Part shown: positions 37,497 to 46,032 of the stretch, piece by piece
Numbering within the stretch: the first letter of the stretch is position 1
Layout of the letters: each line of letters starts with the position of its first letter
Source of the DNA: Bacteroidota bacterium
GTDB lineage: Bacteria > Bacteroidota > Bacteroidia > Chitinophagales > LD1
Assembly (NCBI GenBank): GCA_026391075.1
Contig: JAPLES010000005.1
Location: 72,660 to 136,659 of the forward strand
DNA length: 64,000 nt
Reading direction: 5' to 3'
Made by a program: the position numbers and the translations under genes
The notes under the pieces: generated by a model
The model's input: only the letters and a program-made list of their open reading frames with translations
What the model was told of the DNA's origin: nothing
Database searches by the model: none

Positions 37497-38783
37497 ATGA
37501 CCGATTCCAATAAACAAAATCTCTGGCTCCGTTACGGAATTATCATTGTTGCCTCGCTCGGTTATTTTGTCGACATCTACGACCTCATTCTTTTTAATGT
37601 AGTTAAGAAAGAAAGCATGATTGCCATGCTGCCATTTGCCAGTGCAGAAGAAATAAAAAATACCGGGCTCTATCTATTCAATATGCAAATGATAGGTATG
37701 CTCGTGGGTGGTTTGCTTTGGGGCATTCTTGGTGATAAGCGCGGACGTCTCTCTGTTTTATTCGGCTCCATTTTATTGTATTCTATTGCCAATATTGCCA
37801 ACGCATTTGTTACTACCATTCCCATGTATGCACTTGTACGCCTGGTAGCAGGCATTGGTTTAGCAGGCGAATTAGGTACAGGCATTACCCTCGTTACCGA
37901 AACCATGCACCGCGAAAAGCGAGGATACGGAACTATGATTATTGTTTCGTTTGGTGCGCTAGGGGCTGTGCTTGCTGCAGTCGTTGGTATGTGGGGCGAT
38001 TCGCTAGGAGTTTTTTTTACTACTCTTTTTCATCAGCCAATTGCCAAATGGCAAGCTGCATATATTGTTGGTGGAATACTTGGTTTGCTTTTGCTTCTTC
38101 TAAGAATAGGAACAGTAGAATCTGGCATGTTCAAAAGCGTTTTGCAAACCCAAACCAAGCGAGGAGATTTTCTTCATCTCTTTAGAAGCAAAGAGCGAAT
38201 GCTGAAATATTTCAAGTGCATTTTAATAGGCTTACCTATTTGGTTTATTGTAGGAATCATTGTTGCTAATGCCGAATTAATCTGGGGCAAAGAATTAGGT
38301 GTGGCGGGTGTTCAAAATGGTTTAGCTGTAATGTTCTCCTACATTGGCTTAAGCGTTGGCGATTTATTAAGCGGTATTTTAAGTCAGGTTTTTCGCAGTA
38401 GAAAAAAAGTAGTGATGGGTTATATTGGCTTTTGCATAATTGTAGTGACTTACTTTTTCTTTTTCGCGCATGGCATTTCGCTCAACACGTTTTACTTTCT
38501 CTGTTTCTTGTTGGGTGCTGCCACCGGTTTCTGGGCTTTGTTTGTAACTATAGCAGCCGAACAATTTGGAACAAACATTCGCTCTACAGTAACCAACACA
38601 ACTCCTAATTTTGTTCGAGGCTCTGTTCCTTTAATTACTTGGTCTTTTCAATCACTCGTTGCACTTTCATTCGGCAACATTCTTAGTGCTTTTATTGTAG
38701 GCATGGTTTGCATGGGTCTTTCGTTTTGGGCAACATACCATTCACAAGAAACTTTCTCAAAAGATTTAGATTACACGGAATAA
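37497..38783 (+). CDS. MFS transporter
   Basis: Twelve hydrophobic helices and the MFS loop motif GDKRGRL. It starts 3 nt after the ctaA stop. Confidence 0.8.
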   Translation: MTDSNKQNLWLRYGIIIVASLGYFVDIYDLILFNVVKKESMIAMLPFASAEEIKNTGLYLFNMQMIGMLVGGLLWGILGDKRGRLSVLFGSILLYSIANIANAFVTTIPMYALVRLVAGIGLAGELGTGITLVTETMHREKRGYGTMIIVSFGALGAVLAAVVGMWGDSLGVFFTTLFHQPIAKWQAAYIVGGILGLLLLLLRIGTVESGMFKSVLQTQTKRGDFLHLFRSKERMLKYFKCILIGLPIWFIVGIIVANAELIWGKELGVAGVQNGLAVMFSYIGLSVGDLLSGILSQVFRSRKKVVMGYIGFCIIVVTYFFFFAHGISLNTFYFLCFLLGAATGFWALFVTIAAEQFGTNIRSTVTNTTPNFVRGSVPLITWSFQSLVALSFGNILSAFIVGMVCMGLSFWATYHSQETFSKDLDYTE

Positions 38784-38817
38784 AAATAGGTGAGTCGAAA
38801 TTAGTTCGACTCACCTA
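38781..38817 (-). terminator. Hairpin terminator between convergent genes
   Basis: Perfect 12-bp stem AGGTGAGTCGAA / TTCGACTCACCT (38788-38799 / 38805-38816). On the minus strand it is followed by TTTTTA. Confidence 0.6.
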
Positions 38818-38872
38818 TATATTATGTTCTTACTTCTTACACTAAATATATAGTGTACAAAAACCTTCCTTG

Positions 38873-39436
38873 CTATTTTTTTCCTTTCTTTTTAGCTATC
38901 GGTTTAGCTGTTTTTTTAGGAGCTGCCAGTTTTACCTTGCCTACTTTTTTCTTGGCAGCAGGTTTAGCCGCTTTCTTGTTAGCAGTAGCTTTTGCCGATT
39001 TTTCTTCTTTTGCTTTTAAGGCTGGTTTCCCTTTTTTTTCTTTCACCTTACTCTTTGCTGCACCCTTCTCCATCTTTGGCTTTGCATCAGGATTGAAAGC
39101 GGCTGCATCATCCAAAGATGCCTTGCCTAAAAGTTTTGCTAATTCATCTTCTTCAGCATCGGCTGCTTCCAATTGCTTAGGCAAAACAATTGTTTTAACC
39201 GTCTGCTTGCTATGATGACCCGGTTTTTCTGGTTGCCCATTTACCCATTGGCCTTTTCTGTGCTCTCCCAATTTGGCTACGTCCTTGGGTCCCTTGTAAT
39301 GCTCAGCCGCACGCTCCATTTCCGCTACGGTGTCGTAACGAAGTCTTACAATGCTGCCGGTTCTTTTATCGCGAACGTCTATATAAAATCCATCGCGAAA
39401 TCCTTTTGGTTTTGATGAGGGTCTTCCTTTCTTCAT
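38873..39436 (-). CDS. Protein with a Lys/Ala/Pro-rich histone H1-like C-terminal tail
   Basis: The ATG at 39436 (MKKGRPSSKPKGF) is preferred. The C-terminal ~70 aa reads KSKVKEKKGKPALKAKEEKSAKATANKKAAKPAAKKKVGKVKLAAPKKTAKPIAKKKGKK. Confidence 0.5.
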   Translation of the reverse strand: MKKGRPSSKPKGFRDGFYIDVRDKRTGSIVRLRYDTVAEMERAAEHYKGPKDVAKLGEHRKGQWVNGQPEKPGHHSKQTVKTIVLPKQLEAADAEEDELAKLLGKASLDDAAAFNPDAKPKMEKGAAKSKVKEKKGKPALKAKEEKSAKATANKKAAKPAAKKKVGKVKLAAPKKTAKPIAKKKGKK

Positions 39437-39552
39437 AATGGTACTATTTTTTACTGAGCGAAAGATATCCTTTCTTTTGAAAGTGCAAACTATTCGTTCG
39501 TTAGAAAACGATCGCTTGACCACTCTTGCTTAAATTTTACTTTCGCCACCGT

Positions 39553-40491
39553 ATGATAAATTTCATTTCACCTGCATCGGGAGCAAAACTTACACTACAG
39601 AACAAGGAATTGATTGCTGATAACGGAGAAAAATTTCCCGTGGTGAATGGTGTGCCGCGTTTTGTGCCGGCCGATAATTATGCCAGTGCTTTTGGTTTGC
39701 AATGGAAGAATTTTGCCAAAACACAATTAGATAGTTTTAACGGAACCAAAATTTCGCAAGAGCGCTTAGAGCGTTGTTTGGGGTTTTCGATAGAACAACT
39801 GAAAGGAAAAAATTTACTGGAAGTAGGAAGCGGTGCAGGAAGATTTACCGAACTTTTTATGAAAGGTGGAGCACATGTGCATACGATTGATTTAAGCGTG
39901 GCTGTAGAAGTGAACAAAGAAAACATAGGCAATGCCGAAAATTATGCGGTAGCACAAGCGAGTGTTTATGAACTTCCGTTTCCGAAGCAAAGTTTTGATG
40001 TGGTTATTTGTTTGGGTGTAATTCAACATACACCTTCGAGCGAAAAAACGATTGATGCCTTATGGCAAATGGTTAAGCCCGGTGGTTTGCTGGTGATTGA
40101 CCATTACATTTGGCGATTGGGTTATTATTTTAATCCCGCTACGTACTGGCGATTGGTGCTGAAAGAAATGAAGCCTGCTACTTCAAAAAAAATTGTGGAT
40201 GTACTTACCGCTGTTTTCTTCCCGTTTCACTGGGCATTTAGAAATGTGCCAGCTTTGGATTGGTTAGTAAAAAGAGTTTCACCTGTTATGTGCTATATGC
40301 AATTACATCCTGAAATGAGTAAGCAGGAACATTATGAATGGGCACGTTTAGACACTAACGATTCACTGACCGATTACTATAAACACTTGCGCACAACCGC
40401 GCAAATAAAAACCGAGTTAAAAAAAATAGGCGGCAAAAATATTTGGATAAATGAAGGTGGAAATGGAGTGGAAGCGAGATGTGAGAAATAA
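39553..40491 (+). CDS. Class I SAM-dependent methyltransferase with a Trm112-like N-terminal segment
   Basis: Motif I LLEVGSGAGRFT. N-terminal KELIADNGEKFPVVNGVPRFV. The ATG at 39553 is preferred over the TTG at 39526. Confidence 0.72.
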   Translation: MINFISPASGAKLTLQNKELIADNGEKFPVVNGVPRFVPADNYASAFGLQWKNFAKTQLDSFNGTKISQERLERCLGFSIEQLKGKNLLEVGSGAGRFTELFMKGGAHVHTIDLSVAVEVNKENIGNAENYAVAQASVYELPFPKQSFDVVICLGVIQHTPSSEKTIDALWQMVKPGGLLVIDHYIWRLGYYFNPATYWRLVLKEMKPATSKKIVDVLTAVFFPFHWAFRNVPALDWLVKRVSPVMCYMQLHPEMSKQEHYEWARLDTNDSLTDYYKHLRTTAQIKTELKKIGGKNIWINEGGNGVEARCEK

Positions 40492-40497
40492 AAGAGC

Positions 40498-41310
40498 ATG
40501 AGTAACACAACAGACAAAGCAGGCGAAGTTTACTGGACAAAAGTTTGGAGCGAATCTGCTTTGCCTCCCAAAATTGATGTGCACGGTAAAAGCATTAACG
40601 ATTATCCTTATCGTATGTTGCACAAATTTTATCAGCAACTTTTTGATGGAAAGAATACGAAGCAAATGAGTTTGCTTGAAATTGGTTGTGGCAACTCTGT
40701 ATTCATGACCTACTTTGCCGAGGAGTTTGGTTTTAAGGTTGCGGGTCTTGATTATTCGCAACTCGGCTGTGAGCAATCGAAACAAATTTTGAAACGCGAT
40801 GGTATTGAAGGCGATATTTTTTTAGGTGATGCCTTTGCCCCTTCTGCCGATTTGCTTAATAAGTATGACGTAGTTTGTTCCTTTGGTGTGGCAGAACATT
40901 TTACCGATACAGCAAAAGCACTCGAAGCATTTTCAAAATTTGTAAAGCCCGGTGGCATCCTTATTACATCGGTTCCAAATCTTGCGGGCGTTACTGGTTT
41001 GTTACAAAAGAACATGAACAAGCCTGTGTATGATATTCATGTGCCTATGGATAAATCGTATTTGGAAGGCGCAATTGCAAAAGCAGGATTGAAATTACTA
41101 AGCAGCACTTATTTTGTGAGCATCAGTTTTGCGGTAACGCTCGAAGGCATAAATGGAGAAACAATTCCTTTCTTCTTGCCGAAAAAAGTATTTCTTAAAT
41201 CTATCCGCTACTTTTCAAAACTTGTTTGGATGGCTGAAGAGTTGGTTGGTTTACTACCGCTGACCAAAACTTTTTCTGCAGGTATAATTACTGCAGCAGA
41301 AAAAAGGTAG
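40498..41310 (+). CDS. Class I SAM-dependent methyltransferase
   Basis: Motif I LLEIGCGNSVF, with post-I GLDYS and VVCSFGVAEHF. It starts 6 nt after the previous methyltransferase. Confidence 0.72.
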   Translation: MSNTTDKAGEVYWTKVWSESALPPKIDVHGKSINDYPYRMLHKFYQQLFDGKNTKQMSLLEIGCGNSVFMTYFAEEFGFKVAGLDYSQLGCEQSKQILKRDGIEGDIFLGDAFAPSADLLNKYDVVCSFGVAEHFTDTAKALEAFSKFVKPGGILITSVPNLAGVTGLLQKNMNKPVYDIHVPMDKSYLEGAIAKAGLKLLSSTYFVSISFAVTLEGINGETIPFFLPKKVFLKSIRYFSKLVWMAEELVGLLPLTKTFSAGIITAAEKR

Positions 41311-41312
41311 TT

Positions 41313-41942
41313 CTATAATTCGAATTTATAAACGGGGTCAACCGGAGAGTTAGGTGGCATTTCGATAATTGATTTGAGAATGCCGTTATCGAGCGCGTAA
41401 ACCCAACCGTGCAGGTAAGGCGCGTTCTCTGTCTTCCATGCTTTTTGAATAATAGATGTTTTAGCAAGATTCATCAACTGCTCTTTCACACTTAGTTCTG
41501 TCATTCGATTTAATCGTTCTTTTTCGGTAGGCAGTGCATCAATTTCTTTTTGATACAAGCGGTAAACATCTTTGATGTTTCGAAGCCATTCATTCAACAC
41601 ACCGAAATGGCGGTTGGTCATAGCTGCCTGCACACCACCACATCCGTAATGCCCGCAAACAATAATGTGTTTCACTTTTAAAACTTCTACTGAGTATTGC
41701 AACACACTCAACAAATTCAAATCGCCATTCACCACTAAGTTGGCAACGTTGCGATGCACAAATATTTCTCCGGGGCGTGTGCCTGTAATTTGATTTGCCG
41801 GTACTCGACTATCGCTGCAACCAATCCATAAATACTCGGGAGATTGAAGGGATTCTAATCGGGTAAAAAAATCGGGGTCAAGTTCTACCTGTTTCTCAGC
41901 CCAAAGCTTGTTATCGTCTAAAAGTTTTTGAAACGGAATCAT
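41313..41942 (-). CDS. Beta-class carbonic anhydrase
   Basis: Zinc ligand motifs CSDSRV and VCGHYGCGG. Confidence 0.88.
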   Translation of the reverse strand: MIPFQKLLDDNKLWAEKQVELDPDFFTRLESLQSPEYLWIGCSDSRVPANQITGTRPGEIFVHRNVANLVVNGDLNLLSVLQYSVEVLKVKHIIVCGHYGCGGVQAAMTNRHFGVLNEWLRNIKDVYRLYQKEIDALPTEKERLNRMTELSVKEQLMNLAKTSIIQKAWKTENAPYLHGWVYALDNGILKSIIEMPPNSPVDPVYKFEL

Positions 41943-42014
41943 AAACTGCGAATTGTTTTACAAGAATAACCGCTTTTTCCATTTCCTATTTCGTACCGCC
42001 AAGAAACATATTTC

Positions 42015-45000
42015 TCAATACGCCTCATGCTTCCCTTCCTTCCTCAAAACCTCATTCACTTTCGGGCGATACGTTTTTTTGCGTTCCACTAATTTTTTGT
42101 CCACCGTATTCATATCGCGCTGCAATTTATTTAAGCCATCGTTTTGCGAAGTGGTGGGTTTAAAATCGCTGTAGGTAACACCAAAATAAATGTCGCTGAT
42201 TTTGTCGCGCAGTTTTTCTTCATCGGCAAATAACACTGTTCTTCCTGTTTTAACGGGAACCAATTCAGCACGAATAGCTTCCAACGAATCAAAGTATTCT
42301 TTTACTATCGGTGCTTCGCCTTGCAAGTCTTTAATCATTTTCTGCTCGGCTAAAACCGAATCCATCAGCTTTGCTAAATCTTCCTGCATTTTGTAGGTAC
42401 GCATTACCGCATTGTAATTTTCTTCGCGCTCAGCAGCTGTGGTCTTTGCTTTTGGGTCTACAATTAATTCTAATTCACCTTCGGCCGATTTATCATTCGC
42501 TATAATTTTCACTTTATATTTTCCTTCACGAACCATTGGTCCGGTAGTTGATGCCCCAAAGTCTGCCTTTGAACCACCTACTGCTACACGCGGTGGTTTC
42601 ATGCGCATGTTCCATGTAATGATGTTTAATCCTTTGCGTTTTGTTCCGGGAAAGTCTACAATGAAATTTCCTTTGTCGTCATAAATCTGAACGGTTACGT
42701 TGCCGCTGTTCAATCGTTGTTTCAGATAGTAAGTAATCACCGCATCTTCGCTGGAGTTTGGTCCCACATATCCATATTCGCTATCCCAGAAATACTGATA
42801 ATGTCCGTTGCTGATAGGGTATGCTCTGTCGGGAATTACTGCTACATCTTTATTCAACAGGTCTGCATTAATTTTTCGAAGCGGAGAAATATCATCAACA
42901 ATTAAAACTCCTCTGCCGTGCGTGCCAACAACTAAATCATTTGTTTTAGGTTCAATTGTCATGTCGCGTACGAGTGCATATTCAGGAATATGACCTTTCA
43001 TCTGCAACCAATTGATCCCCCCATCAATAGAAGTATATAATCCCATTTCTGTTCCGAGAAAAAGCAAATCTTTACTCACAAGGTCTTCTTTAATTTTGTG
43101 CGCGTAACCTTTGAATACTTCACACGAAAATATTTTCCAAGTCTTGCCCATGTCGGCAGATTTTGCTGCATACGTTTTCATATCACCGTAAGTGTGATTT
43201 TCGAAAGTTGCGTACACAACATTTTTATCGAAGCGCGAAGGCTCAATACTGCTCACCCATGTTTGCGCGGGCACACCACACGCTGTATAATTCTTGGCGA
43301 GGTTCGTCCATGTTTTTCCTCCATCGGTTGTCAGTTGCAAATTGCCATCATCTGTACCTGCATAAATCATATTTACATCCAAAGGTGATTCAGCAATTGT
43401 AAAAATGGTGCAATGATTTTCGGCTGAAGTATTATCGTTTGTCAAGCCACCGCTTTCTTCTTGTTTCAGTTTGTTAGGGTCGTTGGTAGTTAAGTCCGGT
43501 GAAATTTTTTCCCAGGTAATTCCTTTGTTTTCGGTCTTATAAAGAAATTGCGAAGCCATGTAAATTCTTTTTGGATTGTTCACACTCTTCACAATTGGCG
43601 TGTTCCAATTGAAGCGAAGTTTCGGGTCACCCTCGCCTGCTTTTGGTTGAATATCCTGAAACTGTTTTACGTTTCCATCGAACTTAGAAATGTGTCCGCC
43701 CTGATATTCGCTGTAGTTCAATTCGTGGTCTTCGGCATCGGGTTGCACCCAAAAGCCATCACCGCCACCTACATTTTTCCAGTCACCGTTTTCAATTCCA
43801 CCGGGTGATTGCGAAGGCGCTTTCCATGAACCATTGTCCTGCATCCCGCAATAAACATTATAAGGTTCCTGGTCATCTACCTGCACATGATACAACTGCC
43901 CAACGGGAATCGTGTTCAAATAAATCCAGTTGTTGCCTTTGTCAACGCTCATATAGACTCCGCCATCGGTGCCTACATACATTTGCGAAGTGTTCTTTGG
44001 ATTAATGTAGAGCGCATGCATATCGCTGTGCAAATAACTGCTTGCGGTAGCGCCAGTTCTGTTCCAGCTAAACCCGCCATCATCGCTGTATGAAAATTGA
44101 AAAGCAGGACGATAAATTCGTTTTGGATTTTCGGGGTCAATTTGAATAGTGCTGAAATAAAACGGACGCGCACAAATATTATCATCGGCACTTTGCTCTT
44201 TCCAATTTTCGCCACCATCGCTGCTCAACAATAAAGTAGTGCGTTTCGATTCTACAATCATCACTAAGTTTTCGGGAGCAGATGGTGCAAGTGCAATTGC
44301 TGCGCGACCGATATCTCCTTCGGGCAAACCTTTCTGAATTTTCTTCCAGGTCTTGCCGCCATCAATTGATTTCATTACAGAACTTCCCGCACCGCCCGAA
44401 CTGAATGCATACGGCTTTCTGCGGAACTGCCAGAAGGTGGCATACATTGTATTCGGATTTTTAGGGTCAAGTGCAAAATCTGCACAGCCAGTGCTGTCGT
44501 TTACATAAACAATCTTCTCCCATGTTTTTCCTCCGTCAGAAGTTTTATACAAACCGCGATCAGGAGAATTACTCCACAACTTTCCGGGCACAGCAACAAA
44601 AATTATATTCGGGTCATTTGGATGAATTGCAATTTTGCTGATGTGCTCTGAATTAGGTAAACCCATGAACACCCAGTTTTCTCCGCCATCGGTAGTTTTA
44701 TAAATACCGTTGCCGATTGAAACCGTGTTACGCATATTACTTTCACCGGTGCCCACCCAAACAATATCAGGATTTGTTTGGTCAATTGCCACCGCACCAA
44801 TGCTTTGACAATATTTATCGAACACCGAATGAAACTGCGCACCACCGCTCGTTGTTTTCCAAACTCCGCCACCCGCAGTGCCTACATAAATTATTCGCGG
44901 GTCGTTGTTGAAGCCATCAATAGCGGTAATTCTTCCACCGGTAATGGCAGGACCGATGTGCCGCGCTTCCAATTTTCCTAACGCAGCACTTGTTAACCTC

Positions 45001-45110
45001 ACCCCAACCCTCTCAGAAGGAGAGGGAGCAGATTTGTCTTTTGATTTTTGCGCGAACGTATTTATTGAAAGAGAAAAAATGATTGCAAGGAAAAATATTT
45101 TGTTCTTCAT
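42015..45110 (-). CDS. Sortilin/VPS10-type BNR-repeat (GH74-like) secreted protein
   Basis: Nine or more S-x-D-x-G-x-[TS]-W repeats (TTDGGENW, TSDGGKTW, SIDGGKTW, SSDGGENW, SDDGGFSW, TTDGGKTW, SADMGKTW, SIDGGINW). Signal peptide present. Confidence 0.8.
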   Translation of the reverse strand: MKNKIFFLAIIFSLSINTFAQKSKDKSAPSPSERVGVRLTSAALGKLEARHIGPAITGGRITAIDGFNNDPRIIYVGTAGGGVWKTTSGGAQFHSVFDKYCQSIGAVAIDQTNPDIVWVGTGESNMRNTVSIGNGIYKTTDGGENWVFMGLPNSEHISKIAIHPNDPNIIFVAVPGKLWSNSPDRGLYKTSDGGKTWEKIVYVNDSTGCADFALDPKNPNTMYATFWQFRRKPYAFSSGGAGSSVMKSIDGGKTWKKIQKGLPEGDIGRAAIALAPSAPENLVMIVESKRTTLLLSSDGGENWKEQSADDNICARPFYFSTIQIDPENPKRIYRPAFQFSYSDDGGFSWNRTGATASSYLHSDMHALYINPKNTSQMYVGTDGGVYMSVDKGNNWIYLNTIPVGQLYHVQVDDQEPYNVYCGMQDNGSWKAPSQSPGGIENGDWKNVGGGDGFWVQPDAEDHELNYSEYQGGHISKFDGNVKQFQDIQPKAGEGDPKLRFNWNTPIVKSVNNPKRIYMASQFLYKTENKGITWEKISPDLTTNDPNKLKQEESGGLTNDNTSAENHCTIFTIAESPLDVNMIYAGTDDGNLQLTTDGGKTWTNLAKNYTACGVPAQTWVSSIEPSRFDKNVVYATFENHTYGDMKTYAAKSADMGKTWKIFSCEVFKGYAHKIKEDLVSKDLLFLGTEMGLYTSIDGGINWLQMKGHIPEYALVRDMTIEPKTNDLVVGTHGRGVLIVDDISPLRKINADLLNKDVAVIPDRAYPISNGHYQYFWDSEYGYVGPNSSEDAVITYYLKQRLNSGNVTVQIYDDKGNFIVDFPGTKRKGLNIITWNMRMKPPRVAVGGSKADFGASTTGPMVREGKYKVKIIANDKSAEGELELIVDPKAKTTAAEREENYNAVMRTYKMQEDLAKLMDSVLAEQKMIKDLQGEAPIVKEYFDSLEAIRAELVPVKTGRTVLFADEEKLRDKISDIYFGVTYSDFKPTTSQNDGLNKLQRDMNTVDKKLVERKKTYRPKVNEVLRKEGKHEAY

Positions 45111-45138
45111 GTTGTTTGCGTTTTTGTATTTGTCTTTA

Positions 45139-45165
45139 AAGTCCCCCTCGGGGATTTAGGGGCTG
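45139..45165 (-). repeat. REP-like element, family B, copy 2
   Basis: The reverse complement reads CAGCCCCTAAATCCCCGAGGGGGACTT. It lies 4 nt after the stop of the minus-strand gene 45169-45903. Confidence 0.5.
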
Positions 45166-45168
45166 GGT

Positions 45169-45903
45169 TTAAGGATTCTTCGGTTTATCAAACATCTTCG
45201 CATCAATAGCTGAGTTCACTTCCACCTTCGAATAATTCACAGGGCCACCTTGTTCGTTTCCATTTTCATCAATACGCTGTACGCAAAACGGAACTACTAA
45301 ACCAAAATCATTTTTTTTGAAATCGGAATAGCTGATATAATTCTTCTGCTCTTTATCTTTCAGCTTCACGCGTTGCACTTCTTTCAAAATGTAAAACGTT
45401 TCTGCATCCAGAAAATAATAAACCACGTCGCCCTCTTTTGTGGTGAGTCGAAGTTTCAACACATCGGTGCCATCCATATCATCGGTGCCGAGATATTCAA
45501 CGGTAAATCCTTTTTGTTTGTAGTTAAACAACAAGCCTTGCGGATCGCTTCCTAATTTATCGCTACGAATTTCTTCGGGCGACACTGGATCAGTTTCTCT
45601 TTTTCCTCCAAACGGATTGTAACTCCAACCGCTATCTGCACGAATAGCGCTCTTGCTCGTCATGCCTTGCCAACTAAAATCAGAGTAAGACCCCTTGAAA
45701 GGTTTGCTGATATAAATTCCATTCAGCGGTGCCAACATACCCGGACCCATTTGATAAGTGCCCGTGTATTTAAGCGAAATTACTTTGCTCCATTTTTCAG
45801 CACCACCTGTAGCGACTATGTATTTGTTGACGATGTCGTCAGCCGTTTGTGAAAACATTTTATTGGAGAAGAATAGAAGAAAAAAGAGAAGAACATTTTT
45901 CAT
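45169..45903 (-). CDS. Secreted LolA-like / outer-membrane lipoprotein-sorting-like protein
   Basis: Signal peptide followed by TADDIVNKYIVATGGAEKWSKVISLKYTG, an N-terminus typical of this family. It is commonly adjacent to BNR/sortilin-like genes. Confidence 0.45.
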   Translation of the reverse strand: MKNVLLFFLLFFSNKMFSQTADDIVNKYIVATGGAEKWSKVISLKYTGTYQMGPGMLAPLNGIYISKPFKGSYSDFSWQGMTSKSAIRADSGWSYNPFGGKRETDPVSPEEIRSDKLGSDPQGLLFNYKQKGFTVEYLGTDDMDGTDVLKLRLTTKEGDVVYYFLDAETFYILKEVQRVKLKDKEQKNYISYSDFKKNDFGLVVPFCVQRIDENGNEQGGPVNYSKVEVNSAIDAKMFDKPKNP

Positions 45904-46032
45904 GTCAATGAATTTAGAAACCGAAAATAGAAATGTTTTTGAAAACTATGTAAGTGGTTACATATTTCTGATTTAAGCCAAAAGGACAACCTTTTAAGAA
46001 GTGCCGCTTCCATAATTTTCTACATTCGGTGA

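Noticed and set aside
38853-39215. A 120-aa plus-strand ORF rich in F/L/A (FFLAIGLAVFLGAAS...) that looks like a membrane protein.
   Set aside because: It is the antisense reading of the Lys/Ala-rich tail (AAG/GCT-type codons) of the minus-strand gene, a compositional mirror artefact.
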